Below are positions 42,724-55,744 of a DNA stretch of 64,000 bases, piece by piece. The DNA is from an uncultured Gemmatimonadales bacterium (lineage in GTDB: Bacteria; Gemmatimonadota; Gemmatimonadetes; Gemmatimonadales; GWC2-71-9): contig CAWGED010000005.1 in NCBI GenBank assembly GCA_963821525.1, forward strand, positions 544,001 through 608,000. The letters run 5' to 3'. Numbering within the stretch: the first letter of the stretch is position 1; each line of letters opens with the position of its first letter. The notes under the pieces were generated by a model, which saw only the letters and a program-made list of their open reading frames with translations, made no database searches and was not told the origin of the DNA. Both the position numbers and the translations under genes were made by a program.

Positions 42724-42882
42724 CTATCGGCCCGCTCGTCCGTACGATTCCGGAACCCCGCTGATGAAGCCTCCCTTGGGTCCCGCGCTCCGAACTGAGA
42801 GGTCCTTCAGGGTCCGTTTGGCGAGGGAAAGCCGCCTCGTGCCGCCCTTCGCTTTGGTGACTGCCTTCTCTCGTGCCGACAT
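42724..42882 (-). CDS. double-glycine leader precursor peptide 2 (52 aa as read)
   Basis: MSAREKAVTKAKGGTRRLSLAKRTLKDLSVRSAGPKGG-FISGVPESYGRAGR, with RBS AGGAGG. Confidence 0.85.
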   Translation of the reverse strand: MSAREKAVTKAKGGTRRLSLAKRTLKDLSVRSAGPKGGFISGVPESYGRAGR

Positions 42883-42938
42883 CTTGTCCTCCTGGGACTA
42901 GTGAGTAGCTCTGGAATCTCGTTGCCGCGCCGTTGCGC

Positions 42939-43127
42939 TTAGAGAAACTTCTTCGGGCAATTGGAGCTCGACGGCGGCGGCTGGGGGCAGCTCCAGGTAA
43001 TGGGGGGACGAAGCCACCCGCCCCTTGGACCGGCGCCGGGAACCGTCAGGTCTCGCAGCGTCAGTTTGGTGAGCGAGAGCTTCCCTTTGCCCTCAGCCTT
43101 GAGCGATGATTTGATTCTCGTAGTCAC
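42939..43127 (-). CDS. double-glycine leader precursor peptide 1 (62 aa; Cys/Ser/Thr/Trp/Pro-rich core)
   Basis: MTTRIKSSLKAEGKGKLSLTKLTLRDLTVPGAGPRGG-WLRPPITWSCPQPPPSSSNCPKKFL, with RBS AAGGAG. Confidence 0.85.
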   Translation of the reverse strand: MTTRIKSSLKAEGKGKLSLTKLTLRDLTVPGAGPRGGWLRPPITWSCPQPPPSSSNCPKKFL

Positions 43128-43251
43128 GGTGGTGCTCCTTCTAGTGAATTGTTGGGTTCAGTCGCGCTCATGTTGGTAATCGCAATCGGGCTGCCGATCC
43201 CGACAAGGCTCAAACCTCAACGTCGGATTGTGAGATCTGACCGAACCACCC

Positions 43252-43656
43252 ATGCCCCTCTCAGTCGGCCAGAAGGCCCAACGCTCGCTTCACCTGACCG
43301 AAGAGCACGTTCGGCTCTACGCTCAGATCACCGGCGATCACAATCCGCTGCACTTTGATCCTGACTTCGCGGCGGGAACCAGGTTCGGACGCCTGGTGGT
43401 GCAGGGAGGACTCACGACGGGCCTGCTCCATGCGCTCGTCGCGATGGATCTGCCGGGGCCCGGCACGGTTTTCTTGAGTCAGAACTGGAAATTCGTGGCC
43501 CCGGTGTATCATCGGCGACACGATCACCGCGGAAGTCGAAGTGCGCAGCGTGCACCCGACCAAGCCCGTCACCCAGCTCGGCGTGAGGGTGTGGAGGGAG
43601 GGGGGGAGACGGTGCTTGAGGGGGAGGCGTGGTGCTATCGGTTTGGGGCGGAATAA
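43252..43656 (+). CDS. MaoC-family dehydratase (internal frameshifts)
   Basis: TGDHNPLHFD, FGRLVVQG, LPGPGTVFLSQ...FVAPV. Confidence 0.88.
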   Translation: MPLSVGQKAQRSLHLTEEHVRLYAQITGDHNPLHFDPDFAAGTRFGRLVVQGGLTTGLLHALVAMDLPGPGTVFLSQNWKFVAPVYHRRHDHRGSRSAQRAPDQARHPARREGVEGGGETVLEGEAWCYRFGAE

Positions 43657-43688
43657 TTGGTAATTGAAAATTGGTAATTGGTAATTGA

Positions 43689-47092
<3,404 letters not shown>

Positions 47093-47221
47093 GGGGTGGG
47101 AATTGGTAATTGGAATTGGTAATTGGTAATTGGCAATGGGTAATTTGTTAGTGATTGCGAGCCCTAAGTCAGAAGCCAATTATCAATTTTCAATTACCAA
47201 TTACCAATTGTCGAGCCCCCT

Positions 47222-47590
47222 ATGCGCTTCCCGACTCTCCTCACCATCGCCGGCGTCCTCGGCATAGTCTTCGGAATCGGCTTCCTCGTCCTCCCCGCTT
47301 CGAGCCTCATGCCCTACGGCGTTCGCACCGATGCCTCCGGGCTCATCATGGCCCAGTTCTTCGGTGCCGCACTGCTGCAGCTCGCCCTGGTCTTCCTGTT
47401 CATCCGCGACATTCCCGCGACTCACATCCCGCGACTTGCCCTGGGCGCCTGCATCGGTGAGCTGGCCGGGCTCTGGGTAGCCGTCCGCATCCAGCTCGGG
47501 GGACACGTGAATGCGTTCGGGTGGTCAACGGTGGCGATCTATGCAGTGCTGGCGATTGCCTTTGGTTTGTTTGCGGCTGGGAAAGGATGA
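47222..47590 (+). CDS. hypothetical 4-TM membrane protein
   Basis: Four hydrophobic segments in 122 aa. Confidence 0.7.
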   Translation: MRFPTLLTIAGVLGIVFGIGFLVLPASSLMPYGVRTDASGLIMAQFFGAALLQLALVFLFIRDIPATHIPRLALGACIGELAGLWVAVRIQLGGHVNAFGWSTVAIYAVLAIAFGLFAAGKG

Positions 47591-47641
47591 GGAGAAGAGC
47601 CGGATGAGGCTTCCGAGGGTCACGGAGAGCTCATCGTTTTC

Positions 47642-47818
47642 AACACGAAGGCACGAAGGGCACAGAGGGCTCGTTGTGATAGCACGATCCCAATTACTGT
47701 GGCGAGATCTCTTAGGCAATCTCATTTGAATCAACAACAAACATCAGTTGATCTTGCCAAACTGACTCGGAAGTCAGAGTGCCAACGGAACTCTCTGTGC
47801 CCTTTGTGTCTTTGTGTT
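47642..47818. repeat. long imperfect palindrome, family B copy 1 (MITE-like or structured RNA)
   Basis: aacacgaaggcacgaagggcacagaggg ... ctctctgtgccctttgtgtctttgtgtt; homologous to 51695-51869. Confidence 0.85.
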
Positions 47819-47928
47819 TGCTTGTTGATGCTTGATCGTCTAAGGACCGAGGCAGCCAATTGCAGATGGAAGATTGAACGGCTAACAGCTAACAGCTAAC
47901 AGCTAATCGCTAACAGCTACGCCCCGCC

Positions 47929-48852
47929 ATGAACCTGCTCAAAGCCATCGGAAACACGTCCATCGTTCGGCTGCGGAGGGTTGTCCCAGCCGGCTGCGCC
48001 GATATCCTGGTCAAGCTCGAGTGGGAGAATCCGACCGGCAGCATGAAGGATCGGATGGCCGAGGCGGTCATCTCGCGCGCCGAGGAGGATGGAAGGCTCA
48101 AGCCGGGGTACACGGTGATTGAATACACCGGTGGCAGTACCGGGGCGTCGCTTGCCCTGGTCTGCGGTGCCAAGGGTTACAAGATCCAGATCGTCAGCTC
48201 CGACGCCTTCGCCCAGGAAAAGCTGGACCAGATGCGAGCATTGGGCGCCGAGCTGACGATGGTGCCGAGTGAGGGCGGGAAGACGACGAAGAAGCTGATT
48301 CTGGACATGATCGAGACCGCTCGACGGATGAGCCAGGAACCCGAGACCTACTGGACCGACCAGCTCAAGAACCAGGACAGCATCGCCGGCTATTACGGAC
48401 TGGGTGAGGAGATCTGGAGTCAGACGGAGGGGAGGGTGGACGCCTTCGTGCACAGCGTCGGCACCGCGGCGTCGATTCGAGGAGCTGCAACTGTGCTCAG
48501 GCGTCACAACCCGGCCATCCGGGTCGCCGCCGTCGAGCCCGCGGAATCCTCCGTCCTGCTGGGCGGCCTGCCCGGCCCTCATAAGATCGAAGGGATCGGG
48601 ATCGGCTACACCCCTCCGCTCTGGGATCCGTCGGTCGTGGACGAGATCATCCCGATCAAGACCGAGGACGCGAAGGAGATGACGAGAAGGCTGGCACGCG
48701 AGGAGGGATTGCTCGCGGGCCCCTCATCGGGTGCCAACGTCCTCGCCGCGATTCAGGTGGCGCAGCGGCTGGGGCCGGGGAAGCAGGTGGTGACGCTGGC
48801 CGTCGATTCAGGGCTCAAGTACATGCATACCGATGTGTATAGAAAGACCTAG
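47929..48852 (+). CDS. PLP-dependent cysteine synthase family protein
   Basis: KLEWENPTGSMKDR, TGGSTG, HKIEGIG, GPSSGAN, DSGLKY. Confidence 0.9.
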   Translation: MNLLKAIGNTSIVRLRRVVPAGCADILVKLEWENPTGSMKDRMAEAVISRAEEDGRLKPGYTVIEYTGGSTGASLALVCGAKGYKIQIVSSDAFAQEKLDQMRALGAELTMVPSEGGKTTKKLILDMIETARRMSQEPETYWTDQLKNQDSIAGYYGLGEEIWSQTEGRVDAFVHSVGTAASIRGAATVLRRHNPAIRVAAVEPAESSVLLGGLPGPHKIEGIGIGYTPPLWDPSVVDEIIPIKTEDAKEMTRRLAREEGLLAGPSSGANVLAAIQVAQRLGPGKQVVTLAVDSGLKYMHTDVYRKT

Positions 48853-49039
48853 AACAGCGGGAACGGGGAACAGGGAACGGGGAAAAGCGAGAAGGGAGAA
48901 AGGAGAAGAGAGGGGAAGGGGAGACGCAGAGAGGTGAGCGCTTGTCAGGGAAAGGGCTAGGCAATTGTCAGTCATTTCCCTATATCCGCCTTCGGTTTTC
49001 TCCGCTTTTTTCTCGTGACCACCCTTGTGGCAGGATATC

Positions 49040-50098
49040 ATGCGCGTTTTCTCCCGTTTCGCTCTTCTCTCAGTCGGCCTGGCAGCGTGCGGTGAAACCG
49101 ATAACTCTTCGCCCACCGCGCCCGATCAATCGCTGACTGCAACTGCAAGTTATACGGTTCACGCCCTCAGCATTCCCACGAACGCCATCAACGGCGACGC
49201 TACCTCCATCAACGATGCCGGCATCGTCGCAGGATGGTATCGCACCAATGCGGGTTGGACCGCGGTTCGCTGGACCTCCCCCACTCAGCGACAGAGTCTG
49301 GGCAAGCTCGCGGGGTTCAGCAACGCGCTCGCCGAAGGGATCAACCAGGCCGGCACCATCGTCGGGTTCGCATCAACGTCGGACTTCCTCAATGCTCGTG
49401 CGTTCATCTGGACTCAAGCCGGCGGCATCAAACCACTTCCCGATCTGGGTGGCGGCAGCAGTCTGGCAATGGGGATCAATACCGCGGGAGTCGCCGTCGG
49501 CCTCTCGGCCGATCCCCAGCAGGTGACCCATGCCGTCAAATGGACTGCAGCAGGAACTGTAGTAGACCTCAACCCGATGGGAGCCACCAGCGAGGCGCTG
49601 GCCATCAACGATTCAGGTGACGTTGCCGGGTGGGTATTCCCGAAAGGGGGCAACGCGACCCACGCCTTTCTCTGGCGTCGCAACGGCACTCGCCTCGACC
49701 TCGGCACCCTCGGCGGCCCGAGCAGCCAGGCCTTCGCGATCACCGAGGGACCGACCGTGGTCGGCGTATCCGACCGCCCCGCGCCCCAACTTCCCGTCGC
49801 CTTCATCTGGACCCAGGCAACCGGCATGCATCCCCTCGGCCTGGGTAACAATTCCGAGGCCCACGGGATCAGTCATCGGAACCGCAGCGTGGGCCTTCGG
49901 ATCGCGAGCGACGTGAGGGGTCTCGCCCGCTTCCAGAACGTGACGCAAACCCTGCCCGAGCTGGCTCCGGCAAAGGGTCACTTCTCCGCCGCGAACGCGG
50001 TGAACCGCTGCGGGAGCATCGTAGGTGATAGCGGCGACCCGCGGCCTACGAATGGGAACTCGGTGCCGGTGATTTGGGTGATTGGGGTGTGCGACTGA
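49040..50098 (+). CDS. HAF-repeat extracellular lipoprotein
   Basis: Lipobox LAAC; repeats of A..IN..G.VVG...HAFLW...DLGTLGG. Confidence 0.85.
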   Translation: MRVFSRFALLSVGLAACGETDNSSPTAPDQSLTATASYTVHALSIPTNAINGDATSINDAGIVAGWYRTNAGWTAVRWTSPTQRQSLGKLAGFSNALAEGINQAGTIVGFASTSDFLNARAFIWTQAGGIKPLPDLGGGSSLAMGINTAGVAVGLSADPQQVTHAVKWTAAGTVVDLNPMGATSEALAINDSGDVAGWVFPKGGNATHAFLWRRNGTRLDLGTLGGPSSQAFAITEGPTVVGVSDRPAPQLPVAFIWTQATGMHPLGLGNNSEAHGISHRNRSVGLRIASDVRGLARFQNVTQTLPELAPAKGHFSAANAVNRCGSIVGDSGDPRPTNGNSVPVIWVIGVCD

Positions 50099-50212
50099 TA
50101 AAAGCGGGAAAGGGACAGGGAACAGGGAGCGTGGAACAGGAATCAGCGGATGCACAACGCACCTCATCCCGAGGCGCGAAGCGACGAGGGATCTAGCTTC
50201 CTTGCCTTGGCG

Positions 50213-51082
50213 TCACGGTTCGGAGAGTAGATCCCCCGCTTTTTCACCTTCAGCCGACACTTTCTCCTGGGCCCGCCTACACCTCTCCACCAGCTTCGGA
50301 TCCCCCAGGCGAGTGGCCATCTCGGGGAATTCCGGTGTGGGCCCCCGCCAGCGGAGCTCCTCGACTGATTGGAAGAGCGGCGCATCGGTGCGGAGGGTCG
50401 CGAGCTGTTTGAACAGGAGTGCCAGGGCGCGCTGGTCTCCTAAGACGGTATCAGGGAAGTCTTCGATCTTGCCGTAACGATTCAGCAGACGGTCGGCGGT
50501 GGCGTGGCCGATGCCGGGGATGCCGGGGTAGCCATCGGCCGAGTCGCCGATCAGGGCCAGGTAGTCGGGGATCAGGGCGGGGAGGACGCCGAACTTGGTC
50601 CGCACTCCTTCCGCGTTGAAGATCTTCTTGGCCTTGCGATCCACCTGGACTACACGATCGTCCTCGACGCACTGCGCGAGGTCTTTGTCGGGGGTCCAGA
50701 TGCAGACCTTCTCCACCGCCTCGTCGGCCGAGGCGAGATGGGCGGCGGAGGCGAGGGCGTCATCCGCCTCCAGCTCGACCATGGGCCAGACCGCGACTCC
50801 CATGGTGACGAGCGCCTCTTCGAGCGGATGAAACTGGGCGAGGAGGGCCGGTAGGATCCCGTCGCCGGTCTTGTAGTCCGCCCAGAGTTCGTTGCGGAAT
50901 GATTCGATGACATGATCGGTCGCGACGCCGATGTAGGTGCCCTCTCGTTCGATCATCTCCAGCACACTATGCAACACGCCGGTGACCGCGCCGAACTTCC
51001 GCGCGCGACCCTGGCTGAAACGCTGCAAGCCGTAGAACTGGCGGAACAGCTCGTAGGTGCCGTCGATGAGATGGATGAGCAT
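50213..51082 (-). CDS. standalone 5'-3' exonuclease / flap endonuclease
   Basis: LIDGT, YKTG, EADD, DKDLAQ, LIGDSADGYPGIPGIG. Confidence 0.92.
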   Translation of the reverse strand: MLIHLIDGTYELFRQFYGLQRFSQGRARKFGAVTGVLHSVLEMIEREGTYIGVATDHVIESFRNELWADYKTGDGILPALLAQFHPLEEALVTMGVAVWPMVELEADDALASAAHLASADEAVEKVCIWTPDKDLAQCVEDDRVVQVDRKAKKIFNAEGVRTKFGVLPALIPDYLALIGDSADGYPGIPGIGHATADRLLNRYGKIEDFPDTVLGDQRALALLFKQLATLRTDAPLFQSVEELRWRGPTPEFPEMATRLGDPKLVERCRRAQEKVSAEGEKAGDLLSEP

Positions 51083-51388
51083 GCTTGGAGTATACCGAGG
51101 GGCGGGAAGGCGGTAAGGCGGAACGGCGGTAGAACTGCTGGAATAAGACTAAGGCTGTCATTCCGAGCGAAGCGAGGAATCTCAATGCCTAGGGTGTGAA
51201 TGACACTCCCGGCATCTGGATTCCTCGCTACGCTCGGAATGGCATCTACCGCCCTACCGCCTTCCCGCCCTGTCATCCTCTGCCCGACACTCACCTCGTC
51301 CAACCTCTTACTCCCTTATTCCCTCGGCAGTGAATGTGTGACCGCTCGGCGATTGCTATTCTCTCCGTATCAAAACGGAGAGATAATC

Positions 51389-51658
51389 ATGCAAGCGAAC
51401 GACGAGCACGAATGGAGCTGGCACCGCTGCTCCCTACTGGGCTGCGCGGCTGGTCCGCTTCGGGTGCGGCCCCATCCTCACCTCCGCGACCGCTGGTCGG
51501 TCGGGTACACCGAGGGTCCTCTCTACGTAGTCCCCGGTCCCCAACCCCTCTGTCCCCGTTGTGGGCACTGGCTGGAAGAGCTTGCCCCCACCGGAGTTAC
51601 CGTGCTCGCCCGCCGGCGCTCCTCACCGCGGCTCACGCATCGGTTGAGATGGTTTTAG
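51389..51658 (+). CDS. small putative zinc-binding protein (89 aa)
   Basis: GGAGA RBS; Cys pairs CSLLGC and CPRCG. Confidence 0.55.
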   Translation: MQANDEHEWSWHRCSLLGCAAGPLRVRPHPHLRDRWSVGYTEGPLYVVPGPQPLCPRCGHWLEELAPTGVTVLARRRSSPRLTHRLRWF

Positions 51659-51694
51659 GGGAAGGTTCGCGACAGGGTCAGATGAATTTCGAAG

Positions 51695-51869
51695 AACACG
51701 AAGACACGAAGGGCACAGAGGGGTCGTTGCAATCGAACGATCCCAATCAGCTTGGCAAGATCACTTAGCTAATCAGTAATACAATCAACAAAAGATTTGT
51801 TGATCTTGCCCAATTGATCGGAAATCGAAGTGTCAACGGAACCCTCTGTGCCCTTTGTGCCTTCGTGTT
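51695..51869. repeat. long imperfect palindrome, family B copy 2
   Basis: aacacgaagacacgaagggcacagaggg ... ccctctgtgccctttgtgccttcgtgtt. Confidence 0.85.
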
Positions 51870-51930
51870 TAAGACAATGAGCTCGAGGCGTACATTGAGG
51901 CCCAACTGAGGGAACCGGCGCATTCCTCGT

Positions 51931-52482
51931 CTACAACACCAGCTCCAGATACAGAATCACACTGTCATAGCGAAGCCCGCCCTGCGCGGCGATATGGCCA
52001 GGAACCACTCCCACCTCCTTGTAGCCCAGACGCATATAGAACCGTTCGGCGCTTCCTCCGCGACGGGTGTTGAGGAGGATCAGGGAGCGTCCCCGCCTCC
52101 TGGAGGTCTCGTGGAGGGAGGTCATCAGCTGTTTCCCGACGCCGTGTCCCCGCGTTGTCGCACCGACCAGCAGCTTGTGGACCTCAGCGCGGTGGCGTGC
52201 GGCCGGCCAGTAGGGCAGGTACAACTGGCCGGAGCCCACGAGTTGCCCTTCCGCGTAGGCCGCGAGCAGCAGACGTGCCCCGGAATCGAGCTCCGACCGG
52301 AGCGAGAGCCAGTAGTCCCGGGCCGCGTTGTGGGTCAAGGGCGCGACATAGCCAAGCGACGCCCCGCCATTCACCGTTTCCTTGAAGAGTTCAGTGAAGG
52401 ATGCAACCTGTTCCTCGAGCTCCGCCGAGGAGACCGGGAGAATGTTGATGGCCATCTTCTTGGCTGCGCCGATTGGATTCAT
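51931..52482 (-). CDS. GNAT-family acetyltransferase
   Basis: GASLGY, HRAEVHKLLV, RGHGVG, AERFYMRLGY. Confidence 0.88.
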   Translation of the reverse strand: MNPIGAAKKMAINILPVSSAELEEQVASFTELFKETVNGGASLGYVAPLTHNAARDYWLSLRSELDSGARLLLAAYAEGQLVGSGQLYLPYWPAARHRAEVHKLLVGATTRGHGVGKQLMTSLHETSRRRGRSLILLNTRRGGSAERFYMRLGYKEVGVVPGHIAAQGGLRYDSVILYLELVL

Positions 52483-52489
52483 GATGGAC

Positions 52490-53828
52490 TCAGAACAGGT
52501 TGCTGGATGGAGTGACGGTGGATACGGCTAATACCGGTTCGCGAAGCGGCTCTGCTGCCGCCTTGTCTGGCGAGGGCTCGAAGGATCCGTCAATTCGGGC
52601 CATCACCACCGTCGCAAGGCAGTTGCCCGTCAGGTTAAGGGAGGTCCGGGCCATATCCATCAGCTCGTCCACGCCGAGGATGACGGCGACCCCCTGAAGC
52701 GGAAGGCCGAACTGCACGAGGGTCGCAGAGAGGACGACCAGGGAGGTACGGGGAACCGCGGCGAGTCCCTTACTGGTGAGCATCAGGGTCAGCATCATCA
52801 GGATCTGCTGCCCAATCGGCATATGAATCCCGGCCGCCTGTGCCACGAAGATCGATGCCATCGCCAGGTAGAGCGTGGTGCCGTCCATGTTGAAGGCGTA
52901 GCCGGTGGGCAGCACGAAGGCGACGATGCGCTTGGGCACGCCGAGCTTCTCCAGGTTCTGGAGCGCACGGGGGAGCGCCGCCTCAGATGATGCGGTAGTG
53001 AAGGCAACAAGAAAGGGTTCCTTGATCGTTTGCCAGAAGCGCCGCAAGGGGACCTTGAAAAGGATCGCGATCGGCAGCAGCACGACCAGAGCGAAGACCA
53101 CGAGGGCGCCGTAGAGTGTGAACACGAGCGCCCCCAGGTTCTTGAGCACGCCGAGCCCGTTTCGTCCCACTGTTACCGCCATGGCGGCGCCGATCCCGAC
53201 CGGGGCGAACTTCATCACGTACCCGACGAACTTGAGCATCACCTCGCTCAGGCTCTCGCAGAAACCCAGCATGAGCTTCTTGTGATGAGGCGGCACCTGG
53301 GACAGCGCCACCGCGAACATGATGGCGAAGAAGACGATTTGCAGCGCCTCGTTCCTCGCCGCGGCGTCGAAGATGCTGACGGGCACGATGTGCTCCAGCG
53401 TCCCCGCGAGAGTTGGCTTCGCCGCCACGTCTATGCCGGTCTCGGTGGTTGCGACCGCGAGATTCACCCCCAGACCCCGGCTTTACCAGGTTGACGGCGA
53501 CGAGGCCCACGACCAATGCCAGGGTCGTCACGATTTCGAAGTAGACGAGGGACCGGAAGGCGAGCTTCCCGACCCGTTTCAGGTCGTCGCCGTGGCCGGC
53601 GATCCCTACCACTAGTGTTGCGAAAAGAAGGGGTGCAATCAGACACTTGATGAGGCGCAGGAAGACGGCGGAGAAGACCTGGAGCGAGGTAGCGTGGAAA
53701 CCGCTCGAGTTGTCGGGGAAGAGGTATCCGACTGCAACACCGACCACCATCGCGAGGAGGACCGACTGGGTCGGGGAGAGCCGCCATCGGGCCCGGGGCT
53801 CAGAAGAAGAGGGAAGCGTCGCTGACAT
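52490..53828 (-). CDS. dicarboxylate/amino acid:cation symporter (DAACS; frameshift near 53470)
   Basis: FLRLIK.LIAPL, AFTTASSE, GYAFNMDG, DMARTSLN. Confidence 0.92.
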
Positions 53829-53918
53829 CGTTCGACCGGTCGAAGGTGAGCCACCTGATCCCTGGCGTAATGAAGGGCGGGCGCCATTTTCGACGCCCAC
53901 CCCTTTGCTACGAACCAC

Positions 53919-54735
53919 CTACTGGATCGGATGGGGTTCACCCGCGATGAAATCGTCGGTGGCGACCAGGTCCGCGTCTCCACCCGCGCTGATGTCCTGG
54001 TTGCTTCCGGTAATGCCTGCCGCTCCTGCGGTAATGCGCACCCGGGCCACGATCGTCTTGTTGAAGGTGACGCCCACGAATGAGTGGCCATTGGCATCAG
54101 AGCGCACCGGCGCGTTCACTTTCTTGAGCACACGGCCCTGGGCGTCGAAGAACGTCAGCGAGGTCGAGCCCGCAACGTCCACATCGGAGAAGACAACGCC
54201 GAAGCCATTCGTCCGTGCCGGAGTCGTGCTGCCCGCGACCTGGAAATTCACCCGGATGATCCGGCTGCCGACGGCGATGAAGATCTTGGTCGGGCTGAAG
54301 GCCTTGAACTCGTTCGCGTAGGCCGGATTCAGGTCGAACAGGTTGTTGGTGCTGACCCGGAAGCCGACGCCTTCAGTCGTGAACACCTGACCGCGAGGCA
54401 CCACGCGATTGAACTGGTCGCCGGGGAAGTTGCTCAGGTTGGAGAGCGTGGCCGGAACCGCGTCCCAGTTGATCTCACGACGGCCGCCGCCCTGCTCGCC
54501 TGGGATGGTATTGGAAGGATCGCCCAGCTGGGCGCGGAAAGTCGCCAGGGCCTGAGTCAAATCACCGCTCGCCGTGGTCACGCTGCGCTTCCACATCCGC
54601 GGCAGCGATATAGCCGGAGCCGTTGCCGCTGTTGGCGTCGTTCGCGCTGTTCGGCTTGTCGTATCCGCATCCCGCCATCACCAGGGTCAACCCGATGAAC
54701 CCGGCTGTAAGCTCACTACCAAATCGTCCAGCCAT
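53919..54735 (-). CDS. hypothetical lipoprotein (frameshift near 54595)
   Basis: Lipobox MAGC in ORF 54562-54792 joins a beta-rich body (GRREINWD...DDFIAGEP). Confidence 0.7.
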
Positions 54736-54969
54736 GCTGCCCTCTTCCTGTCGTTGAGCCGCGGGCTTCGGCGCGTTTCGCCAGCCAGCCACGTGCGACT
54801 CGGTGTGTGAATCGGAGGTGAAGCTAGGAGAGGCGAGCAGGCTGGGGGATCGGGAGGCGACGGCGTGGCAGGTAAGGGCTTGGAGTACTGGTGATAGGAC
54901 AGGGGACTACAGAGCGTGGGCGGGAGGCGTGCTCCTTCCCCTAAAATCCACCACCGCTAGCTTCAACCT

Positions 54970-55744
54970 GTGATTCCGATCACCGGAACTCGATCCCTGC
55001 TGCTGCTCTCGCTGTCGGCCGTCTTATGGTCGGTGGGGTGCGGGCACGAGGGACGTGCCGCGGCGAAGGTGCCGCGCGGTGCGCGGAAGGCGCCGGTTGA
55101 ATCGGTGGCAGAGCGGCTGAAAGAGATCGATCACATTGGGCCGACGGCGGCCAAGGATCACGCCGCGCGCGCCAATCTGGGACGAGGTTTGCACGATCCC
55201 CGGCGACTCGGTGCGGGACAGGCGGCATACTGGCTGAGCAAGGCGGGCGCCGAGGCGGTTCCTATTCTCGTCACCGCTCTGGCGGACACCAACACGAGAT
55301 GCCCGCGTGGCGGCGCCTACGCTCTCGGTCTCATGGGCGCATCGGCGGCACCGGCAGTGCCCGCGCTCACCCGCCGGCTCGGGGAAACCAGCGATACGCT
55401 GGCGAACATGTCGGACTGGGCGCTCAGCCAGGTCGGGGGGCCCGCGGCAAGGGCGGCTTCATCCCGTTGCTTCGCGACCTGCGTTACGGCAACGCCTTCG
55501 ATCGAGCCGAGCGCCGCACGACAGTTCTCCCTCTACGGCGACGCCTCGGCCGTCGCGATTCCGCTCCTGGCGCGCATGCTCGAGGACCCCGACCCGATTG
55601 CAGCTCAAGCGGCGGCGGACGCGCTGGTGCGCATCGGCCCCCGGGCTTCTCTCGCCGTACAAGCGATGCTGAACAGTCCCAACGCCGTCGGCACGTCTTC
55701 GCGCGCTGCTGGTCCTCAGCCAGATGCGGACTTCCTATTTCTGA
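54970..55744 (+). CDS. HEAT-repeat lipoprotein (frameshifted)
   Basis: Lipobox SVGC; repeats AVPILVTALAD, AVPALTRRL, AIPLLARMLEDPD. Confidence 0.7.

Noticed and set aside
42491..42924. CRISPR or DGR template/variable repeat interpretation of the duplicated units
   Set aside because: The units are coding and have RBSs, the differences are not adenine-specific, and no reverse transcriptase is present in the window.
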